Assembly (NCBI GenBank): GCA_963727805.1
Contig: CAVSHF010000003.1
Span: 1,760,001-1,824,000 of the forward strand
Origin: an uncultured Nitrospiraceae bacterium
Lineage (GTDB): Bacteria; Nitrospirota; Thermodesulfovibrionia; Thermodesulfovibrionales; Dissulfurispiraceae
DNA: 64,000 nucleotides
Direction: 5' to 3'
The notes below the pieces were generated by a model. The model was not told the origin of the DNA, made no database searches, and worked only from the letters and a program-made list of their open reading frames with translations. Shown here in pieces: positions 1 through 8,845 of this stretch (position 1 is its first letter; each line of letters starts with the position of its first letter). A program made the translations under genes and the position numbers.

Positions 1-285
1 TTCGCTTTCAGTCAGGGTATAGAAGCCATCTTCTATCAGGATGCCGTCTTCTGGAGTAATTTAGTGTTCTTGTCCATCATATCTGGTACTTTTGCCACTA
101 CTGTCTATTTCGTGGCAGCAGAACGCCTGGGGTCTTACCGGACAAGTTCTTACGTTTTCCTGGTGCCGTCAAGCGCAATGCTGCTCAGCTGGCTTTTCCT
201 TGGCGAAATGCCAGAGTCCTCGACGATCATAGGCGGCGCGATTGCCATCTCGGCCGTCTACCTCATTAATCACACCCCGGCATAA
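1..285 (+). CDS. DMT/EamA-family transporter, C-terminal part (5' end lies outside the window)
   Basis: Frame is open from base 1; hydrophobic helices with EamA-like 'LVPSSAMLLSWLFLGE...IIGGAIAISAVYL'. Confidence 0.8.
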   Translation, partial: FAFSQGIEAIFYQDAVFWSNLVFLSIISGTFATTVYFVAAERLGSYRTSSYVFLVPSSAMLLSWLFLGEMPESSTIIGGAIAISAVYLINHTPA

Positions 286-370
286 CGGGAGGCCGCGGAA
301 GCAAAGAAAAGTCGGGAGAGGACTACTTACCGCCTGTTCTTTTATGGTATTATATTTAGTTATGCAAGTT

Positions 371-447
<77 letters not shown>

Positions 448-491
448 TTTCTTTCCCGATGTTTGTGTTATTATACCTGACGTATTTTTGA

Positions 492-568
492 GCCCCCTTA
501 GCTCAGTAGGATAGAGCACAGGTTTCCTAAACCTGGGGCCGCAAGTTCGAATCTTGCAGGGGGCACCA
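492..568 (+). tRNA. tRNA-Arg (anticodon CCT)
   Basis: Acceptor stem GCCCCCT/AGGGGGC, anticodon arm CAGGT-TTCCTAA-ACCTG, T-loop GTTCGAATC, encoded CCA. Confidence 0.97.
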
Positions 569-755
569 TTCCCCCTTATAATACATCCACTTAGATCCTA
601 TACTCAATGAATTGTCTCGCGATGAAGACTCTGGACCCAATAGTGAGCAGAATACTTGACTGTTGTTGCAACATCCTTGTGACCAAGCAACTTACTGACA
701 GAATAAAACAATAAGTTCAACGTTATCAACGCACAAATCTAAGGCTGACACGAGG

Positions 756-1427
756 TCAGCTTTTAATGCAGACCCTTATGACTTGGGGGAGTGAAAAGAT
801 GGTATTCTGGAAAGTAGCCAACGCTTCTCGCCTGTAATAAGAAACGGTGATGGTGAGCGTCGTGATGTGGGAATCCGAGCATTTCTCGTAATCAATATCG
901 CTTACGGAAAGCCCTGACTTATCGATTATTGAAAGGACATCCTCTTCCCGCAGCGCTGCATCGGCACTCACGGTAACGTAACTAAAGGTGAGCTTGGGCA
1001 TCTTCCGCTCGGCAAACCTGAGCAAGGTGAGGGTTAAGATGGTAATAATAAAGGTCACGATCCCTGCCACATATAATCCGCTACCGACTGAGAGCCCGAT
1101 GGCCGAAACCACCCAGAGACATGCGGCTGTTGTGAGGCCCTGGATCGAAAACCCTGTTTTCAGTACTACCCCGGCACCGATAAACCCGACTCCTGTAATA
1201 GCACCCGCAGCGATCCTTCCGGGATCAGCCCTGACATAGGAAGGGTCCATGACGCCGAGATAATGATAGTATTCGGATACGATCATGAGGAGAACCGAGG
1301 CGACGCAGACCAGAAGGTGGGTACGCAGCCCGGCAGGCCTGCCGTGGATCTGGCGCTCAAAGCCTATGACACCACCAATAAGCGTGCCGAGTAGCAGGCG
1401 CAGGATTATTTCTTCTGACGATATCAT
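756..1427 (-). CDS. MgtC/SapB family membrane protein with C-terminal soluble domain
   Basis: 'GGVIGFERQ...PAGLRTHLLV', 'RIAAGAITGVGFIGAG', 'GLTTAACLW'; start placed at MISSEEII (1427) rather than 1499. Confidence 0.9.
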   Translation of the reverse strand: MISSEEIILRLLLGTLIGGVIGFERQIHGRPAGLRTHLLVCVASVLLMIVSEYYHYLGVMDPSYVRADPGRIAAGAITGVGFIGAGVVLKTGFSIQGLTTAACLWVVSAIGLSVGSGLYVAGIVTFIITILTLTLLRFAERKMPKLTFSYVTVSADAALREEDVLSIIDKSGLSVSDIDYEKCSDSHITTLTITVSYYRREALATFQNTIFSLPQVIRVCIKS

Positions 1428-1709
1428 ACAGTATATTATAAAGCTTCCCCATATTTTTTTTTGCACTTGCGCTGTCCTCATGGGCGGCGGAGCCAACAAT
1501 GTTACCTTATACTATGTTTGCACGGCTTTTGACAATCACCTCGACGGTCCTCCTGTTTCCTATTCTCTCCAGATATTATGACGCTGCTTATAATGCTTTC
1601 ATATAAGATTCCTGTCCCTCGGCGTCGCTCGAAGTAGCTCTACGTTCAACATTATAGGAATATCCTTATATTGTAATAAGGTTCGGATCTGGTTATTAAT
1701 CTTATAGTA

Positions 1710-2195
1710 ATGAATAAGGACTGCATCAAAAACGACAAGGCAGGAGGGTCTTATAAGATAAGCCCGTCCAATGCCACTGATTTTTCTCTGCTTCTTGCTA
1801 TGTATTGCTTTTTTACACCTAAGCCTGCTTCTCAGGGTCTTCCGCCGCTGAATCCCGAAGCCTGTCACAATTGGGTAAGAATGCTTTTCAAGATAGGAAG
1901 GAATTATTGTGCTTGGAAGAATGGCATGATAATAGGCCATGCCGCACTTGTTCCTGACCCAAACGGAAAGTCAGCAGAGTTCATAATCTTTGTCGACCAA
2001 AACCATAGAAATCTTGGAATTGGGACAGAGTTGATGCGGGTTGTGCTCGAAGACGCTAAGAAACTAGGCTTTATGTCAGTCTGGCTGACGGTGGAGACTT
2101 CCAACTTCATTGCGATAAGACTTTATCGTAACTTCGGTTTTCAATTCCGTGATACTGATGCCTGTGAGAGGGTCATGCTCCTTACGTTTCTATAA
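1710..2195 (+). CDS. GNAT family N-acetyltransferase
   Basis: Acetyl-CoA motif A 'FVDQNHRNLGIGTELM' and 'N..AIRLYRNFGF'. Confidence 0.85.
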   Translation: MNKDCIKNDKAGGSYKISPSNATDFSLLLAMYCFFTPKPASQGLPPLNPEACHNWVRMLFKIGRNYCAWKNGMIIGHAALVPDPNGKSAEFIIFVDQNHRNLGIGTELMRVVLEDAKKLGFMSVWLTVETSNFIAIRLYRNFGFQFRDTDACERVMLLTFL

Positions 2196-2448
2196 GGATT
2201 TCAACCAGATTTCACAAAGACAGTAAACGTCTCGCAATAGTACGTTGCTTTACTTGACAAGTACCCACTCAACGGGTGTCTATAAATAGATATAGTGCCC
2301 TCTCAATGGGAGGAGTTTAACAACAATCGGTAGTTTCAACGGAGGGCGAACCAAACGTTGCAGGATTCCTCCTCCTCACAATTTAACCATAAGCGTCAAT
2401 CCTTGAATAGTGAACTGCCAAATCACCTTGATACAGCTCTTATATGTT

Positions 2449-3345
2449 TTAGTCGTTACATATCCTGCCTATCAAAACAGAACTTTCAGAATGGGTAAGG
2501 ATATTCCTTGATACGCTTCCCATCATCCCCTTGATTCCCCTCAGACCTCTACATCCTACCGCTATAAGGTCTGCTTTTAGGGTTTCTGCTGTTTTCAGTA
2601 TTTCTGTGGAAGGATCACCGATTGCTGACAGGACCTGTATGTTTTTGAACTTTTTGCTCAAATGTTCTCTGGCTTGATTAGTGATTCTTTCGGACTCAAT
2701 AAGCCTCATTGATCTGACCTTCTCTGTAATTTCTATAATCTGTTCAATTATCCCGGGGGCAAAAGTTTCAGGTATGTCAAGAAACTCGGAGGGCATTACA
2801 TTCACTATCGTGACTTCTGTGTTATCTCGAAATGGTATCTGGGACAAGAATTCTCCAGTGGAGACGGAGTAGTCAGAGTTATCGGTAGCCAAAAGGATTC
2901 TAATCTTATCTGGCCTTTCACACGCGGGTAGTTTTACAACAAGGACAGGCTTTGATGTCTTAATGGCTACTGATCTGGTTACGCTTCCGATAAAAAGCGA
3001 TTTAATGCCCTTTACCCCCCTTGCCCCCATCACAATCATATCCATATCCGCGCTGTTCGCTTGATCCACAATGCATTCTTCGGGAGAACCTTCCACAATC
3101 ATAGTGCTAATTTTTGCATGGACAGGTTTCAAGATATCTAGAGTAGACTCGATGATCTTCGGCGCAATATCCTTTTTTATTTCCTTCAGAGTATCATAAT
3201 AAAAATCTTTGTCATAGGGAAATGGAATCCAATGAACGGCATGATAAATAATGATTTCATCATTGGAGGATAAATTCAGACACGTCAAGAAATTAGCAGC
3301 CCGTTCCGAGTATTCAGAGCCGTCGGTTGCAAGTAATATTTTCAT
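2449..3345 (-). CDS. Tandem-domain universal stress protein
   Basis: Two Usp domains: 'KILLATDGS' and 'RILLATDNS', each ending 'G.RG....GSV'. Confidence 0.92.
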   Translation of the reverse strand: MKILLATDGSEYSERAANFLTCLNLSSNDEIIIYHAVHWIPFPYDKDFYYDTLKEIKKDIAPKIIESTLDILKPVHAKISTMIVEGSPEECIVDQANSADMDMIVMGARGVKGIKSLFIGSVTRSVAIKTSKPVLVVKLPACERPDKIRILLATDNSDYSVSTGEFLSQIPFRDNTEVTIVNVMPSEFLDIPETFAPGIIEQIIEITEKVRSMRLIESERITNQAREHLSKKFKNIQVLSAIGDPSTEILKTAETLKADLIAVGCRGLRGIKGMMGSVSRNILTHSESSVLIGRICND

Positions 3346-3649
3346 CCGATTTCACCCCCGATCTATGGATAAGCTCAATATGACAAAAATCATGTCGAAA
3401 GACAAGGATCATATTTCTTCACTGGCAACTCCATACGAACCCGATCTTAGGCAATGTTTGTTCATCATGACACTCACAAGTATGCGTTTAAGATCTTCCA
3501 TCATCTACTTCCGCGTTAAAATATCTCCTTTCAACTTCACGCCGCAGAGCGCATTTTAATATACATCTATTATTTGAATAACAATTTATTAAGTCATTTG
3601 CAAAAATATAATCGACTAGTTGACTTGACTCAAGAGATTAAGCTCATAT

Positions 3650-3751
3650 CTATAAGATGCGATTTACAACCTCTTCTGCTATTATGGCAAGATGTGCAAT
3701 CGATCCGCCAAAGGCCGTTATCCCCAGTTTGAAGAATAGCTTCTCCAGTTT
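3650..3751 (-). pseudogene. Relic of a chromate transporter (ChrA) N-terminus
   Basis: Manual translation KLEKLFFKLGITAFGGSIAHLAIIAEEVVNRIL* resembles the ChrA signature 'FLKLG..AFGG..AHIA....EVV'. Confidence 0.65.
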
Positions 3752-4018
3752 AGTAAAAAAGCCCTACCTTTTTTTCTGATTGACGATACTGGATCGCCAA
3801 GGATAACCGCAGACATGACGATTTTTCAGACAATAACCGTCAACTCTGCGTGTTCTGATGCTTCTTTTTGGAGACTGTCAGTTTTATATCAATGCTGCCG
3901 AGTACGACCGGAATTGAACAGTCAGCGCATGATCATGTTTTAGGTGCACGTTTTGTTATATGCAGAACGCTGCTAGAAATATTGCCAAGATATCGTTCAA
4001 CAGACCTGCTGTCATCCA

Positions 4019-5443
4019 CTATTCTTCTTTTCTTTTGGTATTCCCAAATAGATCTGTATATGTTTCAGGGTCCACTTTCTTCAAACATTCTGGGCATATG
4101 CCATGGGTAAAGGAAGCGTCTGTACGTTCTTTGATGTAGTCTTCCACTTTCTTCCAATAACCTCCATCATCTCGTATCTTTTTGCACCAAGCACAAATCG
4201 GCAGTAAGCCGCTCAAGATCTTAATGTTGTCAAGCGCACTTTGAAGTCTGAGAACAAGCTGTTCCTGTTTAAGTTCAGCCAACTTTCGATCGGTTATGTT
4301 CCTAAATATCCCTTGAGTAGCAATTACTTCTCCTTTGAAGAAACGCGGATGTACATTACCTTCTACACTTATCTGTTGCCCATTCTTCGTTACAAATATT
4401 GCCTCTACATTATCTATCGATTCTCCTGACATGACCTTGCTAAAAGATTCCCCACAGTGAGGTACGCAGCTGGGATGTAAGACATCGAAAATCGTGATAT
4501 CCTGCAGTTCATCCCATGAATAACCCATTGTCTTTAACCACGCTGCATTTGCAAACACGTAATGCCCATCGGCTGCGACACTTTGAATCATGTCATGAGC
4601 ATGATCGAATAAATTGTGGAATCTCTCCTCACTTTCTTGTAACCTTTCTTCCACCAGCGTTCGCTGGGTGATATCCCTTACTACTTCAATACCTCCTATC
4701 ATGTTCCCATCGGCATCCCTTATGGGTGATGACTTAATTTCAACCTGTATTATTCCTTTATCTCGTACTGCTCTCTTTTCTAATGTGTGTACTCTCCCAT
4801 CTTCAAATGAGAGCGCTAAAGGGCATCCTTCACAAATCCGGTCATTGTTAGCATATGCCGTGTAACAATATTCACCTGACTTGTCCCCTTCTACAATATT
4901 TTTGTGCACCTGATTTTGATATAATACGCGGTAATTTGTATCTTGGATGCTGATTCCATCCCCGATGGCGGCTATAATTGCGTCTAACTTTGTTTTTTCA
5001 AGTTCGGCCCGTTTAACGGCTCTGTGTAGTAATTCTTCAGTCTCCTTGCGTTCACTCACGTCTCGGGTATTGACTACTATCCCAGCAATCAACGTGTTAT
5101 TGAGTTGGTTGCTACCAGTGGATTCGACCACTCGCCACGAGCCGTCTTTGTGTTTATACCTGTATTCTATAGATAAATGAGCATATGGGTTCTGCACTAG
5201 CTGCATGAAGGCATCCATGACTCTTAACAAATCTTCTGGATGGACCATCTGAAAGATATTCTTCCCAATCAATTCATCAGGCTTATCTCCAAAAAGACGC
5301 TCGATCGATGGGCTTTGAAAAAGTATTGTTCCGTCAGTTTTAAGAATTGTAATAACATCTGAGGAGTGCTGAATCAAGGAATACCATAAATCATTATTCT
5401 CAAACACCGGTATCTCCTTGATTACTAAGGATGGGTGGATCAC
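4019..5443 (-). CDS. Multi-PAS sensor protein with C-terminal Cys-rich domain and no kinase or cyclase output
   Basis: Three PAS/PAC repeats; C-terminal 'LPICAWCKKIRDD..YW....HGICPEC'. Confidence 0.85.
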   Translation of the reverse strand: MIHPSLVIKEIPVFENNDLWYSLIQHSSDVITILKTDGTILFQSPSIERLFGDKPDELIGKNIFQMVHPEDLLRVMDAFMQLVQNPYAHLSIEYRYKHKDGSWRVVESTGSNQLNNTLIAGIVVNTRDVSERKETEELLHRAVKRAELEKTKLDAIIAAIGDGISIQDTNYRVLYQNQVHKNIVEGDKSGEYCYTAYANNDRICEGCPLALSFEDGRVHTLEKRAVRDKGIIQVEIKSSPIRDADGNMIGGIEVVRDITQRTLVEERLQESEERFHNLFDHAHDMIQSVAADGHYVFANAAWLKTMGYSWDELQDITIFDVLHPSCVPHCGESFSKVMSGESIDNVEAIFVTKNGQQISVEGNVHPRFFKGEVIATQGIFRNITDRKLAELKQEQLVLRLQSALDNIKILSGLLPICAWCKKIRDDGGYWKKVEDYIKERTDASFTHGICPECLKKVDPETYTDLFGNTKRKEE

Positions 5444-5717
5444 AAAACATTATATAAACACTCATATTGAGTGATAATGATCAGGTTATACTCTTGAAAG
5501 TATATACTGCTATGGGTTGAAAAAGAATCGGTGATAGTCCGATATTTTTGTAGGGGTATCTCTATAATTTCTGTCGGTGTTCGCCCGACATGTGAGCATA
5601 CATAACAGATGCTGAGATCTCTAACAAGACAGAAGAGTTTGATCATTAAGTGTTAGCTGCTCCGAAAGTGCCTTTGTTGGCTCGTGTAATGTCAAACCTT
5701 AGCTTCGTTTTTTCAGC

Positions 5718-5752
5718 AAAAAAAAAGCCCTGGGGATTTTCTCCTCCAGGGC
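5718..5752 (-). terminator. Intrinsic terminator of hup
   Basis: GCCCTGG...CCAGGGC hairpin followed by T9 on the minus strand, about 25 nt after the hup stop. Confidence 0.85.
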
Positions 5753-5777
5753 CTTTCTGTTTGATAGTGTAAAACGA

Positions 5778-6053
5778 CTACTTATTTACCGCATCCTTGA
5801 ATGCCTTGCCAGCCGAGAACTTCGGCAGCTTCTTTGCAGCAATCTTTATGGTTGCGCCGGTCTGTGGGTTTCTGCCCGCTCTTGCCTTTCTTTTGGAGAG
5901 GGAAAACGCGCCGAAGCCGACAAGGGAGACCTTGTCGCCCTTCTTCACAGCCTTTTTGATGGCTTCGATCGCCCCGTCAAGTGCCTTGCCCGCGCATGCC
6001 TTTGTGCATCCCGATGCTGCCGCCATCTTCTCAATGAGATCCTGTTTCGTCAT
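5778..6053 (-). CDS. hup: DNA-binding protein HU
   Basis: 'MTKQDLI', 'LVGFGAF', '[12 protein letters not shown]', '[10 protein letters not shown]'; AGGAGG RBS. Confidence 0.96.
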   Translation of the reverse strand: MTKQDLIEKMAAASGCTKACAGKALDGAIEAIKKAVKKGDKVSLVGFGAFSLSKRKARAGRNPQTGATIKIAAKKLPKFSAGKAFKDAVNK

Positions 6054-6086
6054 ATGTGCTCCTCCTATAAGTTTTCTCTGCTCTTA

Positions 6087-6115
6087 ATCTTAGTCAAATA
6101 CGTCCGTAGTGTCAA
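6087..6115 (-). promoter_or_regulatory. Sigma70-type promoter of hup
   Basis: Minus strand TTGACA-17 nt-TAAGAT, about 34 nt upstream of the ATG. Confidence 0.7.
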
Positions 6116-6776
6116 TGCAGCATGTTCCTCCGACATCTGATAAATGGATAGTTCGAATGATAGGTCCACACCAAGTGGGTAAAATCAAGGTTAGATAGAA
6201 GGTGCATTCCGTCTTTGAGGACACAACTCTCAAAATTCTAATAATGGCGGTATATTGGTACATGACCGCCGAGGTACTTCTCGCGGAACCATACAATAAG
6301 TGCGATCAGAACGCACAACAGTGACTCGGTATTTACCCAATTCTGCCCGGTTCTCCATCCAGCGACATAGAAATACCTCTGCATACTATATCTAACAGGA
6401 CACGAAATATCATACACGCCTTGATCGGCACCCCGTCAATTATTCCCAGATCCCATGAATCGAACCATTGTACCGTTTATTCTAAAACGACACTAAGCCT
6501 TAGCCTGCAAAAGCCAAATGATTGTCCCAGTCAATTGCGCGAAGTTTGCCGAATAACAGTGGGTCGGGAACTCCGTCTCGCTGATTTCATTGACTAAGTT
6601 TGCCCTTGATGCTCTTAAGCAAATCTTAGTCCTCCATGTGGTTTTAATCCATTTGGAGATGCGTTAGTCTTATTTTCCATATCGCGTATTGTTGTGAAGC
6701 TTATCTTTAATAACTTGACCTTCTTTGACTGTGGTACTGTGATATCGAAAATAGCTTCCCGTTGCCGCTCGCCCTG

Positions 6777-7349
6777 TTAAGCTAGCTTCTTTAAAAGCCA
6801 AGCCATGTTTTCACCGAGGACTTTCATGGTGAGAATACCTTCCTCATCCTTCTCAACATCTCCCTTTTCCCGTCCAACTCCCATATTCCAGTAGATCGAG
6901 CCAGGAATAATCATCTGGCTAATCAGAAAAAAATGGTTTATGGTATCAAAGACATGAATTGCCCCACCCCTGCGTTCTGCAACCACGGCAGCTCCAACCT
7001 TCCGCCTCAGCATGTCCCCATTTGCCCTTGAAACCATACCCGCCCTGTCAATCAGTGCCTTTAACTCCGTAGAGACATCGGCAAAATATGTAGGCGAAGC
7101 AAGGATAATGCCTGCGGCACCGATCATTTTTTCTATGCATTCATTAATGTAATCACCCGTAACAGCGCAACGCCAGTCCTTATTCTCCCAGCATTTGTAA
7201 CAGGCTATACACCCTCTGATCTTTTTCCCAGATAGCTGGACCATCTCGGTCGCTATTCCAGCATTGTTAAGTTCGCCAAAAACATTGTTTATGAGTATTG
7301 CAGTATTCCCATCTTTGCGGGCACTTCCGTTAAAGGCTATAACTTTCAT
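6777..7349 (-). CDS. Flavodoxin-like iron-sulfur flavoprotein (NADPH-dependent FMN reductase family)
   Basis: 'FNGSARKDGNT', 'CIACYKC...C', 'ASPTYF'. Confidence 0.9.
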   Translation of the reverse strand: MKVIAFNGSARKDGNTAILINNVFGELNNAGIATEMVQLSGKKIRGCIACYKCWENKDWRCAVTGDYINECIEKMIGAAGIILASPTYFADVSTELKALIDRAGMVSRANGDMLRRKVGAAVVAERRGGAIHVFDTINHFFLISQMIIPGSIYWNMGVGREKGDVEKDEEGILTMKVLGENMAWLLKKLA

Positions 7350-7817
7350 GGTCTTCCTCCTTGTCGATGTACGGCATTACTATTTTGGTGTTAAGAGTAG
7401 TTTGCAATCGTAATTTCGCTTTCATCTTGAATAAAAACAAGAGGGGAAAAGTGGTCATGTGTATCGCGGGATACGCCTTGACCAATAGGCCTTAGTTCCC
7501 TTCCCTCACAAATGCAAAGTTTTTTTCCACATTGGCCACGGTAAAAGATTTTACAGTATCATGGGCTGTTAAGGAAAGAGTTATCTGTGTAAATTAGAAC
7601 ACTTTTAAAAATACATCTTTCCCTCGGAAACTGTGAATAATGGCCTGCACGGCAAATATCACTTTTTGTCTGAAACATGTAATATCCTTTGAGACGACCG
7701 CATATGCTTTATCTCTGATAACCTCCCCCCTTAAATCACCCATGGAACAAGAAATATCGTGGCGATGTTGCTTTTCACACCCAACACATGAGAATCGGTA
7801 CTAGGTTGAAAAAGATC

Positions 7818-7846
7818 TTGACAAGTACGTCAATAAATATTATCCT
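7818..7846 (+). promoter_or_regulatory. Putative sigma70 promoter upstream of ORF 8005
   Basis: TTGACA-17 nt-TATCCT. Confidence 0.4.
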
Positions 7847-8004
7847 AACCGGGACTATTTAAGTCCTAAATAGGAGATCGATGTAAACTGTTATTATGCA
7901 ATTAGACCACAATCATAGCATACGCAGTAATCCTGATAATGTTTACGATTAATCTTAGGATGGAAAAAGATTCATCCGACATTGTCGATGCTGCAGGATG
8001 ACTA

Positions 8005-8586
8005 ATGAGTGTATTGCTTGTAGGCAACATGACTGCTCAAATGTCTTATCTTATGGCATCTCTTCAGATGAGCTGCATCCCGGTTCTTATAGTAGAGGAC
8101 ATCGAAAAAGCCGTTGTGGAAATTGGCAGATCTAATAGATACAGCCTGATTTTGATCGATGCAGACATCCGGGTTTCAGAAGTATACTTATTCATCGAGT
8201 ACGTTCGTGGTAAACGAAGCAATCTTCTGATTATCATGATGCATGCGTTGATATGCACGGGACATCCAAAGCAACGCTGTCAACAGTCGTTAACCAATAA
8301 GTGTATAGAAGCATGTGATGCCGTAGATGCCGCTGAAAATATTGTCCTTATTATGCATGACCAAGGCTCAAATCATTCCAACCCTGAATATATTAATAGA
8401 CTAGGCATGATAGTAGATATTGCCTATACTAAAGTCAATGCTCTTATACTCCAGGTGGAGCTGTTTCGATCAATAGGATTACTTGATACAAACGGATTGA
8501 CCCAGCTTTACTTCAATCTTTTGCTAATAAAGGATTTAAACAATATCATCTTGTTGGATGCTCATGAAGCAAGCAGTCTCAGCTAG
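8005..8586 (+). CDS. Hypothetical protein; N-terminus weakly receiver-domain-like
   Basis: 193-aa AT-rich ORF; 'SVLLVG...YSLILIDAD...LLIIMM' pattern; AGGA upstream. Confidence 0.4.
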   Translation: MSVLLVGNMTAQMSYLMASLQMSCIPVLIVEDIEKAVVEIGRSNRYSLILIDADIRVSEVYLFIEYVRGKRSNLLIIMMHALICTGHPKQRCQQSLTNKCIEACDAVDAAENIVLIMHDQGSNHSNPEYINRLGMIVDIAYTKVNALILQVELFRSIGLLDTNGLTQLYFNLLLIKDLNNIILLDAHEASSLS

Positions 8587-8845
8587 GAATACTATGCCAG
8601 CCCCTCCATGCACTTTTGATTCACATAAATAGTTTTTCGGTTATCATTTGACGGATACTAGAAACGTTCTCCTGTCCGCAAGGCGTTCAACTTCCTCCCG
8701 GTTCTTAAGGCACTGCATTCCTTATAGAACACATTCCTCATTTCCTTAATCTATTCCTCCGAAGATAGAGACTCTCGATGTATATATTATGCCAGTTAAA
8801 TGAATTTGCAATTTTCCCGGCTACCTTATAAAATCATTCATACAT

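Noticed and set aside
6490..6610. Possible c-di-GMP-I riboswitch (two GGCAAAC motifs on minus)
   Set aside because: The GNRA-capped P2 stem and CGCAAAGC/receptor elements could not be built
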